Source: Tubiluchus corallicola
Lineage: Eukaryota > Animalia > Priapulida
DNA length: 64,000 nt
Reading direction: 5' to 3'
Assembly: GCA_030141605.1 (NCBI GenBank)
Contig: JAQGDQ010000998.1
Location: forward strand, 1-64,000
Shown here: positions 13,201-45,931 of the stretch, in pieces
How positions within the stretch are numbered: position 1 is the stretch's first letter
Layout: every line of letters begins with the position of its first letter
Position numbers and translations under genes: made by a program
The notes under the pieces: model-generated
What the model was told of the DNA's origin: nothing
The model's database searches: none
Seen by the model: the letters and a program-made list of their open reading frames with translations, nothing else

Positions 13201-16200
13201 ATATTTTTCCGTGAGCATCATACAGAAAAAGTATGTGTCTGTGCGGGCGCAGTGGAAACGCGGCCTTAGATATATTATAAATTACACTTTCTTTGTAATG
13301 CATATTTTTGTACAATACGTCGAACCCCATACGGTACAGTAGGTTAAATGCATACTTGTCATTACATACTTAGAATGCTAACTATAAAACGCCGCTATGA
13401 AACGGCCTCGTCGGTTCAACTGACTGACGGACAGGTATAATTAACGTCTGAGCACCTCTTCCATAGAGCTAGCATGAAGCACACTAAATTCTGGCGAAGT
13501 TATTTTAGTTTTTCTTTCGTGTTTTTGACGTTTTACTATAACAATTTGTGGAAGGCGATATCAGCTCTATGGCCAACATTACAATACTTACCGTTTTCAG
13601 CTCCCCTCGCAGAGACATTTCAATATAATTTAGTTCTTCTTTGGAGATTCTTGGGTGTTGTTCTGGTGTATCGTAAGCGAAAAATAACCAGAATATGAAC
13701 CAGGCAATTCCACATGAACCTAAAATTTAAACTTGTATCTTTACCTTTTCTGAAGCAACTTTAATTGTAATAATTGAAACTTTCAATTGCATTTAAAACT
13801 CTTTGCAAAACTAATCAATTTACAAAAAATGACCAGTTCAGTTATTAGTATTAGACTGACTTCATTACGACCTTGGGTGACGCTAAACGAATTTGCGTGA
13901 ATGTTTGTGGAATCCGTTGGGGCTACTTAGAGTCTTAGATGATCTTCAAAGGCAATTCGTAATCTTTTCAGTTTTTTATCAGCAGATGACGCCACGTACT
14001 TCGGAAGCAAAACACATACAAAGCACGTATTTCTTCCTCCAATGTAGGACATCTAACTGCAATGATTGCTTTAATTATATACATGTGTCTAATGTGGTAC
14101 GAATAGTAAATGCAATAGGTTTTTTAGCTTACACACCTTGATAACGTTCTATATGTAGTTAATGGTTGTTTACCATAATGGTATCTAAAAAGATGCCTCT
14201 GCAGATAAAATATTAAGACTTACCCATAACATAAAACACTGCAGGCCAGCCTGGCGAATCACATAAGAAACCCGATAATGGAAAAACGATGATATTACCA
14301 ACTTGAGAGCCTATAAAACAGTAATGGCAAAGCCTATTATAATACTCAAGACACACACGCATACTGAAGAACAGCTAGTTAGTATCTTATTAATGTAGTT
14401 GTTAAAGGAAGCCAAAGAATGTCTTATAATCCAATCGCTACTGTTGATATATGACTATATTCCAAAAATTTTCCAGCAAACGAAAGATTAACAAACCTAT
14501 GAAACTGAAAAATAGCCACGTTTTAATCTAGCTACTTCTTGTGGTAGTTAAAAATATCAGTTTTTTACCTGCATAGCTTACCTGCAATCGTAAAAGCTAC
14601 CAGTTTTGATCTTTCGTAAGGCGGTGCCCAATTTCCCCAAAACACGTGATTGGCAGGGAACACGACTCCCTGAAAAGAAATCAGTTTTCGTGTTAAGCTT
14701 AGGAAAATTTATAAATAATGAGAAAGTCAAGCTGACATAAACTTCACATTGAACATCACGTTTTATAGTCTAACAAGTTTTGAAAGATCTTTGGGCGGGC
14801 AACTACCGACACAAATTTCTTATTGCACTTGTTTAAATTACGAGAAAGGTTATTTTTTACGAAATTACGTACCTCTGAAAAGTAGAAAAGAAGCACTAAC
14901 GGAGAAAAGAAAATAGAAAGAAAAAGAGAGAAAAATGAAAAAAGAAGAAACAAGAGAAAAGAGAATAGAAAAGTCTGAGAAAAAAGAAAACAAAAACGAC
15001 AAGGAACATAGTAATATTACTGCTGCCTTCTGGTATCGAGTCGTTACAGTACTCCTGCTGACCTGCTACTACTGTCACTTGCTACCATTAATAGTGCTAC
15101 CACTAGTGCGCCAATGATTATGAAGATGGCAATGACACTGGCGACAACAACAAGGATGATAAAGCTGATAACTGAAGAGCTCATAACACCGATGACAATA
15201 AGAATGGTGATGATGATTGCGACGATGACTGTAATAATGGTGATCACGATGACGACAATGATGACGATAACCATGGTGATTACTATGCCGATGGTAATGA
15301 TGAACAGAGGTGCTGATATCGATTTTTCAGAAAGATGAAAGGCAAAGAAACGAGAACAAAAAAGCTGAAAATAGAGGGAAAAGAAATTAAGAAAGGACTC
15401 ACTAAAACAAGACGCAGTTAGCGCAGTTATTATAAATGCAAAATCTAAATAAATTTACTTCTCCAAGTCCTTGTAACACCCTGATAACAATAAGTGTCTT
15501 ATAACTGAAGTTAGCTGCAAGTGGGGTAAGCAGTGCAAGCACACTGACTACCAGCGTGGAGTAACCATACACAGCTCGTCCTCCAAACTTCAATGCAAGC
15601 CATCCACCTGGCATCTGCGTTACTAGGTAGCCCCAGAAAAACGAGCTAAAAATCAGACCTTGTGTTTGTTTGTCCCATACGAAACTTCCAACCTGTAAAT
15701 ATCAAGCTGTACTGTGCATGGTATGCTTTTGCATCTGCTTCTGCTTTTTTCTTTCAAAATAACAATTTCCACCGTTTATGACGTTAGAACCTTTCGAAAT
15801 ACAGTTCATCTTACGATACGGTATGCTTTTGACAGCAAGAAATAATACAAGAAAAATACTATTCTCTGATTAAACTCCATTTTTCTGTTAAAATATGTTT
15901 AAAATACAAGGTGAATAATAAGCGAACGGTATTACATGTGAAATTTACGCCAGGAGAAATTTGTTTCAGAAAGTTGCATTTCTTACAGAATGCGTGCTAG
16001 TTTTTTCGTCCTTTCCCAATGGACATTGTCCATACTTAGATGCGTTGGTGACCTGCTCGATCCCAGCTTGCTGCCTGACTGCCGTGTTGTTGACCATGCA
16101 GACCATGGCGACACTCATGTTGAACCTCAACAAGTACACGATGATGAAACCAAAGAAAGCAACGACAGCTAGACCGAATCTTGCGGAAAATAGCAGTGGT

Positions 16201-17346
16201 ACTAGAAAAAAACATTAGAAAAGCCACACACTAGTCAATACAGGAATTCACCATAAATGTAGACAACATGGTCTATTTGGTAGTAGGACATGTTAAGCAA
16301 TTGCTTCTTATATTTTCACCCTGGACATCCTTGCATGCAACACGCTGGCAGTTCGTGAATCTAGTTTCCCTCAGGTCTTTTATCTGCGAAGTTCTTTATC
16401 AGAAAATTGTTTCCTGTTAACTACAGCCGCCTCATTTCAACAACAACGTCAGCAACGGACGTCCTATGGGTCCTACCACTAGCGAGTTAATTACAAAATT
16501 TTGTTTTTCTGGTCCTGTAATAATGTTTCAAGTTTCCGGCAACTTGACCACTAAGTTTATCTGCATAAAAAATTGGTTTCGGAATTTAAACATCAGCAGC
16601 ATAAATATTTTGTACAGTTTTAGCTTCTACACTTCTATTAGTTTGCTATACGTGATGAATAGCGCTATAACGTTAAACGTTTCTTTTACGCAAAGAGCGA
16701 ATACAAAATTTTTATTTTATATTAAAGCACTACTCAGTACTTGCCTTTTGCTGGGCATTCCACATTGGTGTCTGGTGACTTTTTATCTTCCCCCATTGTT
16801 TTTTCATACACTACATATATGAAACACGACAGCAAATTCGTAAAATGCACTATAGGCTTTGTTAAAACAGACACTTGTTACTAGACGTCACGAAATGCCT
16901 GCAAATAGATGCGCAGATGTTTCCCATCAGTCAGATAAAATAATATATGAAATAATAACAGATAACATTAATGTTACTTACATAATGGGACTTGTAAAAC
17001 TGAATATTTCGGATGCCGTTTACTTTTCGGATACACTGAATGAATTCAATAAAAGATGTTTGACAGTCTATTTGATTTTTGGATTAGCAGAACAGCACGA
17101 ATTGCAAGCTCTATACACAGATACGTGTTTAGAAAATAATCTTACAGCTATTACATATACATTTAAGAAACATTTGTATTTCGAATGCATTCAATGTCCC
17201 GTTCATTTGTAAACGATTAAAGAAGCAGTTTTACTCACCTTACGTAGAATTGTATTCATATTTGTTGACGTATATGAGCGTCTACATGTTTTCTGTTCGC
17301 CACAAAAATATAGTAACTCCTCATTAGCCTTCACATCTGTTGTCAT
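10249..17346 (-). CDS. SLC17-family MFS organic anion/phosphate transporter (sialin-like), multi-exon
   Basis: Exons (minus): 16201-15987, 15692-15459, 14669-14582, 14310-14224, 13719-13592, 12302-12153, 11722-11590, 11203-10962, 10476-10249. All are AG/GT bounded and phase-compatible. Motifs: YLLRFNMSVAMVCMVN, WDKQTQGLIFSSFFWGY..QMPGG, RVLQGLGEGVVFPA, WAPPYERSKL, P.QHPRISKEE, IPWK..FTSLPVWAI, DIAPRYGG, EWQIVF..SGEVQDWA. The first coding exon (ATG 17346 to 17244) is tentative. Confidence 0.92.
12477..13265 (-). mobile_element. Non-autonomous PIF/Harbinger DNA transposon (789 bp) with MADF/Myb-like remnant, in an SLC17 intron
   Basis: 32-bp perfect TIR GGCCGCGTTTCCACTGCGCCCGCACAGACACA; TTA target duplication at 12474-12476 and 13266-13268; internal minus-strand MEDKQVVHAVEIRPALYDKSNPKYSHRDFTRQLWAEVA (MADF N-terminus). 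Confidence 0.92.
15050..15305. repeat. Degenerate (ATG/ACG)n triplet low-complexity tract in intron
   Basis: Decayed GAT/GAC triplet run giving spurious M/T/I-rich ORFs. Confidence 0.7.
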
Positions 17347-18791
17347 TCCTTTACACTATTATTAGCCTGAATAACAGCGCATCCACTAAAACTTAGTTTT
17401 GTAACTAAATAGGCAAGGATGCAAACAAACGCATAGTTTTGCCTGGCCAGGATTTTAAATCGCAGACTTTTCGAAGCTTCATGTTGGCTTTCTTATGAAA
17501 CACACGAAACAAACTTGAAAGCGTTCATGATATTGCGCTAAACTGCACTTAACGTCTAATGGTTGCAAGTTATTTCAAGTTTAATAAATCGTGATTTCAT
17601 CATGAGATATGAGCGTCTTTACAATAGCCTACTATACGCGACATGTAGAACAAACACGTAAATTTTTAAATCTCGAAGATTCTACATTGATTATATTTGC
17701 GTTAATCAAACTATTGCCATATGGCAATATTGGATATGTATAACTAATGAAGGTTGTATTATTTAACACAGTCTCATAACTTCATTTCTTTGAAACGCGT
17801 GATGCTATGGCCCAACGTGCACAACGCATAAATTGATTTGGTTTTGAAGTGTGGAATGTTAACTGTTGTTAGCCTAAGGAAATGTAAATTAGAATTTTAC
17901 GTTTTTCGCGTTGCAAAAACTTATTTTAGAAACTAACCGATTGGGAAATTATAATAGCTTTCTGTTTTTCATTTATAAAAGAACAAAATAAAATTTATTG
18001 ACTAATTTTAAATCAATGTTATAGAGCAAGTAATTACTAATTCTCAATATGTATAAGAAAAATATATATATTCCAGCACAAAACTAGCGTAACCCTATAA
18101 ATTTAATATAACCAAAAGCTGTAGTACTACTTTGTTGTTCTGGCTTACAATGTTAATGGTTGCGACGCTGGTGAAGATGATGATGATGATGACGACAACA
18201 TTAGCCCAGTTGGGAGGAACTTAGTAGGGCAATCTTCCAGTTTTTGCTGTAAATTTAAAATTTAAAAGTTGAGAAATGTATTATTTCTGTGTCTGATAAC
18301 CGATTTAGTTTATCCAGAATTTTTCCACTGTAAAACTGGTGGAGTCATTTGTCCCACAAGTCAGCAGTGTTTTTAAGGCATTGCGCTTCAGCTTCCGCCG
18401 TGCAGAACAGATTGGCTCCCTTCCGTTTTCAAGCAATGCATGTAGACTGGCTCCCTTCGATTTTCAAGCAAAGCATGTAAACTAGCTCCTTCCATTTTCA
18501 ATCAAAACTAGGCCACTGTCTTTTGTCAAGCTAAAATTATGTTTCATAAAGTTTCTACCAATACATGATTAGAGATTAGTCACAGATAGTTATCTATAGT
18601 ATTGTATTTTTAAGACAGTAATATATATATAGGTATAGAATTGGTGTACTGAACTATATAGCACATTGCATTTATTTTATCTTTGTTGCTATCGATGTGT
18701 GATTTTGGTAATGTATTTTTGGACTATAGTTTTTTCTGGTTACCCAATATTATAGTGTATTTGACTCGAAATATGTAGAATTATAGTCATT

Positions 18792-19030
<239 letters not shown>

Positions 19031-20499
19031 TTAAATTGGTACAGTGCGAAGACTAGCTCCCTTCCTTCTCTGGAGTTTGTTACTGCCACCTCTTATGCCA
19101 GTATAGTGTGGTTGAAAATTTGAGTAACATTATGCTAAGTAAATGGCTTGATTTGAATTCCAACTGTTGTACCAGCAGGTTGATACAATTCACTTGAATT
19201 TGATCTGTCCTTTTTGCCCTACTAGTAAAATTCCCTTAAAAATATTCCCTGCTCATTAGTGTTGTGATATAATAAAAATATTTTGTGAGTAAACTTGCTG
19301 ATAAAAAAGGTAGCAATTTTAACTTCCGCAATAATGAATATCTAAACAAATTTTGAATGGCTTTTTCACTGACGTACATTCTAAGGCAGGCAGACCAAAA
19401 TGCCATTGAAAAGTTTTGCAATGAAGTGCTGAAGGAGATAATTCAGCTTTGTATGCTTGATTGTTATAACTGCAGAAAATTTAATATTTTACAGTTGCAA
19501 ACTTCATTCCATTACTCTTGTATGAAAACGAATGGGTGTCCCAAGCATGCTCGTGATGCTTCTTGCTTACACTTCAGCTTGCGTATAGCTGCATATGCGC
19601 GGATCACCTGAACATCTACTGCGCATGCGAAGCTTTACCTGGGTACTGAAGCCATTAACTGCGCATAGATCGTCGTATCTGTGTCTTCAGCGTGATGAGT
19701 CGCGTTCACCTGTGATTTACTGAGAATTCATTAGATACCGAGAAGAGCAATTTTTGTACTACAAGACGAGTAAGTAATTGATTAGAGATTTCCAATTGTC
19801 ATAATGAAAATATGGCATCAAAACGTAATCTGTTATAGGACGCAAGTTTCTCATTATTAAGCAAAAAGCGAGATTTAATCACTATTTGCAGCAGCCGCTG
19901 TGGTAGAGGCAGCATCAGGGGCAGCAGCCGCAATAACAGCAAAATCAGCATCAATAGTAGCAGTCAGCACAGCAGCAACGGCGGCAACAGCAACAGCATT
20001 TTAGAGCAATTAAGGTAAGCTTAAAACTGGATTGCCACCTGTGGGCTTCCTGACAAATTTCTGCTAACATAACGATCGTTATTTTACACAGCTCTGCGTC
20101 GTAAGCTGACAAAATTAAATTTCGATCAAACAGCATAGCAGTTCAATTTTATTGATACCTGGTTCAGTCATTCTTACACAAATTTCAACAACAGATGGGT
20201 AACTGACTCAACTGCATGTGTTTTGCTACTTCATTTACAAACAGTAAATAATAAATGAAGAATATAAATACAAATAAATTAGATAAAAAAGTAATACTAA
20301 TTAACAGCATGCAGTACCAACATACAGCAAGGTTTGATGGCAAGAATAGTTCAGAAGTAACATGCTTGGCACAACATGCTGGATGCCACATGTTCAAATT
20401 TTGTGAAAGGTTCATTTGTTTTTTCATTTGAGCCCGTGTGCATCGAGATAATGTAATTACTATAGATTTCTTCAGTTTCTAAATACAAGTTCAAGTTTT

Positions 20500-20880
20500 T
20501 GCTAGACATTATTATTATTATTTATTTTATTTCAGACATTAAAAACATAAAACAAAATAGAAAAACGCAGTTAAAACACAGCAAGTTAGTTTATAGAAAG
20601 ATTATTTACAAGTACATGTTAGTTAAAATGGATGTACATAAAATTCTTTGCCAGAGCAGACTTAAAAATATTGGAACGAAAATTGTATCGGTATTGTACA
20701 GCCGATTACAGACAACAATATTTTGATTCAAAAGCGTACTTCTGAGACTAAATGACAGCTTTTTACGTGTGCACCAAAAACTAGGTACACTGCAGCTAAC
20801 ATACATTTGGCTTGTACTACAACGACTGGGAAAATTAAAGAGCCTGCTGATGACATTATTACAGATAATGTGCATTCTCT
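20500..20880 (-). mobile_element. LINE 3' end remnant (RTE-X-like)
   Basis: CNNVISRLFNFPSRCSTSQMYVSCSVPSF..RKK..FSLRSTL resembles a LINE ORF2 C-terminus; tail ATGTCTGAAATAAAATAAATAATAATAAT on the minus strand. Confidence 0.7.
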
Positions 20881-21846
20881 CAATATTACTGGGGACTATT
20901 ACAATAAAACTGTAGGTTAATCATTCTCAATTAAGCTCTGCTGGCGCCCAATCATCGTTCATTGTTTTCACACGCCCATACTCGTCTCTGTTCTTTGGGG
21001 ACAATAGGGGACATAAGCTGCAACTATTGCCAAATTAAGTTACCCTGCTAAGAAAAATGCTTAACTTTTCATTAGTTCGCCGAGAGAAGCCGTCATTGTT
21101 TCAGATTTTATTACAGATTGTCGATTGTCTGTATTGTCGATTGAAATTTATAGTGATTTTGGTGGAAATATAAAATCTAATTTCGTCTTTATATGAAGAA
21201 ATGCGCAATGCTTACATCTATGAGTTACTGATTTTGTTATTAATGAAATGCAAAAAATGCTAGTTTAACTTATGATTTTGCAAGTTAGATAAAGACAACC
21301 ATTTGATCAATTTCAAGAAAGGACAACTTAACCTAATGAGATTAGGCCGATCATATTACCCTGCTTTAAAACCGTCATATGGCGTACCTGAACAGAGGTA
21401 ACGATGAAATTTACACCTTCATATTGAAGTCCGAATTAGCAGTAATCTGTTTTTCTACTTATAAAGGTGGTTAAAAGGTGCCATTGGGACTTACGCCTAA
21501 CTCGGGCAAAATAGTCTGCGGAATAGAACAATCAAATTCACATGATTAGTTGAAATACGAACGACATGTTCAGATTTTCAAAAGTAAAAGAGACTTACTT
21601 CAATATTTTTTGTTACCCATTTGTCTTAAAACTAGGCTTAACTGACTTAGTTCCTTTATAATAATGACCCGACTAGGCACTCATGTCTATGCATTTTGTA
21701 GCTCTTTGAAACTTTGCCTCTGTACTCTGCTTAAATTGTAAAGCTAGTCAACGTTTTAATTTCTTGTAAAAATAACTGCTGCCTTGCAAATTCTGTGTAT
21801 GTAAAATTGTGTATGAAAAAGCACAATTAGTTTATCTGCTGATTAG

Positions 21847-22219
21847 TAGGGGTGAGCATAGAACGCTCGGATCGAATCGAACAAGTTTTTTTTAGTTCGA
21901 TTTCGATTCCAACCTAAAATCATAGATTCAAATAATTCAGCACTTCAACCACATACGTTCTTTATCATTAAACGTTTGAAACATCATGCAATTAACACAG
22001 TTTAGCTATGATTTCTATGCACAATTTTTAAACATTCGGTGATTTTATGGCAGAACAAAATCGAGCAATATGCATGGTCTTTGTAAGATCACTTTTTACT
22101 GATGGTTCGAAAACTTGTTCGCAAATCTTTCAAACTAAATTCGATTTCGAAATACTGAAATTCGGTTCGATTCATAAATCGAAACGAATTCACTTTGTGA
22201 TAGAGAATGCTCACCCCTA
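21847..22219. mobile_element. hAT-type MITE (373 bp)
   Basis: 13-bp TIR TAGGGGTGAGCAT...ATGCTCACCCCTA; perfect 8-bp TSD CTGATTAG at 21839-21846 and 22220-22227; subterminal TCGA/TTCGA repeats. Confidence 0.93.
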
Positions 22220-22379
22220 CTGATTAGACATAGTTGTTATGTTGTTTACTAAAGAGTTGTTCGACGTAAGCTGATGTGCCCGATAAACGTAAGCGTGCTT
22301 GCGTCACAACGGAGGCGGAACGATAGACCAATAAGCTTGACGTCAATTGGCTGTTGCCTTAATAAACCATTCCGATGTT

Positions 22380-22800
22380 TACTATCAAGACGTGTTGGCC
22401 AAGATATGACAAAGATATTTCTGGTCATTAATAATTTTAACAGCAGAACCATTTAGAATCGCGTTAGAGCACAAGAGATCAGCGTATCTTTTAGCCACAG
22501 TTTTAAAAATACAATACAAACATTTGTCTTAACAGGATTGTAACAAATATCGTTTTCTAAAGTACAATTTTCTCATATATTGAGCAGATATTGAACCTGT
22601 GGAACAGAGGTAGCAAAAACACAAAAGTCGTCAGCAAACAGAAGTTCATGTAAATTCATGTAAAAAATATGCCGAAAGAATGCCACCTTGTTTCACGCTA
22701 TTAGAAACTCTTAGTCATTTATATTATATTATATTAGTTATAATATATTGTTACCTGATTAGAGTAAATAAACTACGAAGACCACATTAATCTGAAAGTT
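22380..22800 (-). mobile_element. Degenerate LINE RT fragment, same family as 6500-7270
   Basis: Minus strand FADDFCVFATSVPQVQYLLNI..LENDIC and GSAVKIINDQKYLCHIL match the 6.8-7.0 kb fragment. Confidence 0.75.
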
Positions 22801-24493
22801 GGCAACTTGTCTTGTGATGCAGCTTGTCAGGTTTATCCATAAACACAATATGCTTTATAAACCTATGTAAAAGCAAATTATATATAGGTAAGGTACTTTA
22901 GCGGAATCAAAACTCGTTACTGTTTACCAGATAAATGGTTAAGCAGGCGGACATTATTTCTTCTTACTATATATTTATAGTATGTAAATAAGTGAAACTT
23001 TATTTTGGACAACAATCTATAGAACCTTATTACGTGCTTTTAATTGTTGCACTCACAGCATGTTCACAGTCTCACGCACACGCGAAAACATTAGTGACAC
23101 TAACATAGTTTATATATATTGCTAGCCCTACAATAATTTTCCCTCGTAAATACAAATAAAACAAAAGTTAAGGGATAACATAATAATTATAATTTCCTGT
23201 AGAAAACACAATGTTCATGCACGAATAACTTTCTTTGCACAGCACACGCGTACGCGGTGCATGCCGTCGTTTATTACTACTGATTAGTTTTGCAGCTACA
23301 TGTACCTGAATCCAGAACCATCGTTTACCGCCTTTCTTTGAACCGTTATTATTCTATACAGCTGCCTGTGTGTTTGTGTGAGGTGGGAAACTCATTAGGC
23401 ATGGTTATAATTACTGTGGCCACCATAAATATAACATGCGGTCGCTTGCACAAATGATCCGATCATCGATTATTATACCTGATATTAACAAGATTTACTC
23501 TTAGAGGAACTGAATTTTGTCATACATATGCATGTGCAATTTACTACCATGCCAAAAGGGAAGATAATGCAATGAATTACTAATAACCCATGTCTCGTTT
23601 CTAGCAGATAGCTCGTTTTTGCAATATTTTTAAAAAAGGAAGACCGATCCGCTTCTTTTGTTTGAAAATTTGCATAAGGATATAGTATATTTAGCTGCGC
23701 TTACTTGTTTAAAAGACTCAAGTTAGTAGAAAAACAAATTTTTAGAAATTTAAATTATTTGCGCCATTGGCCAAGAAGCCATGACATTTGAGAAGCAATC
23801 TCAGCATGCGTCTGTATCTCAGAATAATGCTAAAAATTTTTGCTCTCTGCCGGTAATTTTTCGCCGAATTTTTGCAAAATGTAAATCCAAAAACCAAATT
23901 CGTCTCAATTTCTTTGCGGTAAAATGAGATGCAGTAGTTAGCATGCGAATTTAAAAAAAAGGCCAAGCCTGGCGGGAAGTTAGGCTTATTTCAGTGTTCA
24001 TGAAAAATGTTAGAAAGTTTCAGCAAATAAAGTGCGATCTGTAAGCACGAAATGTAATTAATAAAATAATTAAATGTAAGTTCATTTTGAACGCTCATTT
24101 ATCATCAATGACTTTATCGTTTGAATACTTGTTTCAAGTCATCTTTTGCAGAATATAAAAAATCAGTTTTATATAAATTATGGTAGTCAACCGATGTCCA
24201 TAATCTCATAATTGTAGGTATATGGCTATAAATCATGGTCATTATGGTTTTCTGGAAGGAGGAAATTCAAAACCTCTTTACGTCCTTAGTCTTCTGTTGT
24301 GTAATGTGTAAGTTATGCTTAACGTGAAAACAAAGTGGGATTGAATTGAATTGACAATTGACAGTGCTTAAAAACATTGTCGCGTTAATTCTGTCTGCCT
24401 GTAAATTTAGTTCAGTTCTGAGATGCAGTACGCGAAGATCAGGGTATACTTCTTAAGACGAGGGCCTTAGTGACAATCATATAAACAAATTCT

Positions 24494-25976
<1,483 letters not shown>

Positions 25977-28900
25977 ATGAGCCTACATTATGTCCTGTAA
26001 AGAATCGCAGTTTGATTTAAATTTTTAATTTTAATACAGCATCATGCGTGACGTTATTGCAAATTTTGAATATATAATTTTCTGGCTTACTTAGCATGAT
26101 TTTAATGAAAATATTGGGGTTTTAAAAAATATGTTTTCGACTTAATGATGTTACCACCTACAGTATGTTTCTTTCTCTGATTGACACACATTTAACAAAA
26201 ACCAAGATCCTTCTGTGGCACTACAAAATACAGTTTATTTCCTCATATGTATCACGTATGATGTGATCTTTTTTCTCTCGGAAGAAGGAGGTTCGAATTC
26301 CGAACAGCGGATTTCTCTACTCGTAAATCTTCAGTCGTCTCAAGTTTGCAATAAACAGAAATAAACTGAACTATGATGCTGGAAAATATCATTACCTTAC
26401 TAAATTTAGTGCTACTTCAGAATGACTTTGGCTTTAAGATTATAGCTAAGAGAAGATCAAAGACGATTTTCGCTACTTCTACCTGTAATCTCAATTTTTT
26501 GTCGACTGCACCCCCCCCCCCCCCCACCGCACAGAAAATATATAGCTTAGTCTATTTACTCCGCTCATATACAGATTATTCTTTATGATCTAAAGATTTT
26601 CTTAAGCGGATGAAATTTCTCCCGTTTGCAATCTAAACGAAATTATTGTAATTCTCCGAACAAGACCTATCCAGCTTCGCGTGAGTGGAATAAAAAAAGT
26701 TCGATTTCATGAAAAATCATAAATTGCATAATGATAATAATAAATATTTTGCTAAGACTTCGATTTTGACTTCGTACCGAACACGTCGTGTACAAAGAAA
26801 ATTTTGCTTAAATAACTAATGTTTCTTTACACACCATTATTATAGGCCTAAAGCAATTTAAGTAAAACACACCCGACATTGCCAGCCAACAGATTTAAAG
26901 GAGAAGTGAAAGAAATTTTAACGCACATCCCAAAGACTTTCCGTGCAAAGATGTATTACTTAGCATTACGCTTGCCAGTTTGAAAGACTTATATAACTGG
27001 AAAAGAAAATTCATAATAATTTAAAATATTTGTGCCACCACCTGGTAAAACACCACAGCATGGCCATCCCAGTGTGCACCACTGGTTCACATAAAACACG
27101 TTATTGATCTTATTGACAAAATAAAGTAATTTACAATTTTGCTTAGTTAGCAAAGAGTGTGCTATGATTACTTTGATTAAACTTTACTTGTTTCAAACGA
27201 CTTCCCGTTAAAATGGTTGCGCGTAATGGTCGTCGCGGGAGAATTGAAATTACAAGTTTTATGCTGCGTTACCGTTACACACAAAGCTCTGTAAATGCAA
27301 TAAGACAACAGCGATATAAAATTTCAAGACGAATTTTTAAGCTTTATTTATAAAGAGTGTTTTCTTCAGAGTGAGTCCAGGCAACTGGGTCGAGTAGTGT
27401 GGTGTGTACTGTGTAAGGCTACAATAGCCAACGCACGCAATAAATGCAAATTATACCTACTTAATAAGGTTTATGACATGCTGCACTCGTATAGGTCTAA
27501 TGAGGTATCTTCATGGAAACGGTATAAAAGGTCTATGCATAGCACTGCACAGCATACTGAAGTAAATAACAGCATGTTCAGGTGCAACAGTACAATATGT
27601 ATACTCAGGTAAAGGGGTATAATAGGCCAATGCATAATTAATAATATGCGTGCAGGTCTAAAGCTTTTGTAGCGGTAAAGCAATTTGAAATTGACCAAAG
27701 CGGCAGCAATAAAGCTTTAGTTGAGTAAGGATGTCTATACATCTGTTTTTACATAACGACCTTTGCACACTTTCCTTATAGTGTGTCCATGTATGACGAT
27801 CAATGTACAAAAAAATGATGATTCAACGTTTCAAATACTGCAGCTTGAAGCCAAGTGAATAGATTTCATTTCACTACTCTACAGTAAACTTGAATAAAGG
27901 TCTATTGATCTGAGCAGTAACGGGAGTAACTATGGAACTACTTAAACCCGGTAAATAGTTCTTAAGCGAAGCAGTTGAGGACCGGAAATAAGGCACAGTC
28001 AAGAAGTGTCCAATTTTTGCGCTGAAAATCTTTTTAGTAAGATTTCGATGGTTCCCAATTTGTTAGAAACGAATTGGATATATATATGCAAAAATACTCA
28101 ACAGTTTTCTGTGATGTAAGATCCACAAAGAATCAGTGAAAAAATGGTCGGTTAGCTAGCTGATTGACAGTTTGAGTGTGGTCCAGTGAAAGACTCACTG
28201 CAGAAAAATTCCCACGGAAATTTGTAACTTGCGTCATTACAACAACTTTGTTTGTTTGTTTGTAGTTTGCCCACTCGCCTTATAATGCAGCCAGTATATA
28301 TATTTTATTATTATAATTTCATTACAGATAAGCTAAGCGTGTGTGACCACATTATTTAATACAAAATTTTTACAAATTAGTGCGCCAACAATGTTAACTG
28401 CTTGAAAGACTTACAAAAAACGAATCACGTAAAATAAGTTTTGTTAATTTACGATTCTTTTTTAAATAAATTTTATTGATCAAGTCACAACCACAATCGT
28501 GTGCAACTCTCTACGAAAAAAATTCGTATAAGTGAGCTTATGCTTTCATTTTCCTAAAATTTTGTTAACGTTTAATTGTTTCAGATTTCAGAGCCAAAAA
28601 GAGGCTGATCGACAACACTGAATTGACTGGAACTCAAGTAAACTGTAGTGGTATCAAGGCACGCCGTTTACACGTCTCAGCTGGTATCAAAGAACGCCAC
28701 AACAACTTACGTGTTTCCTGTTTGACATACTAGTGCTAATAACTAATTTGTTGTTCTGTGGTACTGCTTCGTGTATACGTTTTAGCGGTGTGCCATTAGT
28801 GACTATTACATAACATTTACATTTATCAAAATTACCTGTGCTGTATTTAATGGTAATCAATTTTCTGTGCATTGCGGGCTTACGTGTGGGTTAAAGCACA

Positions 28901-29074
28901 ATGCTGCATCAAGTGCTACTATTGACAAACCAAGGAATAATAATAATCCCGATACATAACACATGCACTTTTTCCTGAATAGGAATAATTAAAGAAATTT
29001 TTTTCAACTATAACATGAGCTGATAATGAGCTGCATTCATTTGGAATATTTTTTTTAAGTTTTCGATTGTCACT

Positions 29075-45810
<16,736 letters not shown>

Positions 45811-45931
45811 AGGATTATTACTTGTTCAGACCCTGGTTTTTAATTTATGCACAATGTGTATTAAACTTCAACACGGATATACTTTATGCAAAGAAAAAGA
45901 ACAGTGTATAGTTAGGAAACCTCACCTAAAT

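Noticed and set aside
14896-15338. Hydrophobic or Met/Thr-rich ORFs, possible extra SLC17 exon
   Set aside because: Flanking exons 15459 and 14669 join directly as GLGE|GVVFPA; this region is a degenerate triplet repeat.
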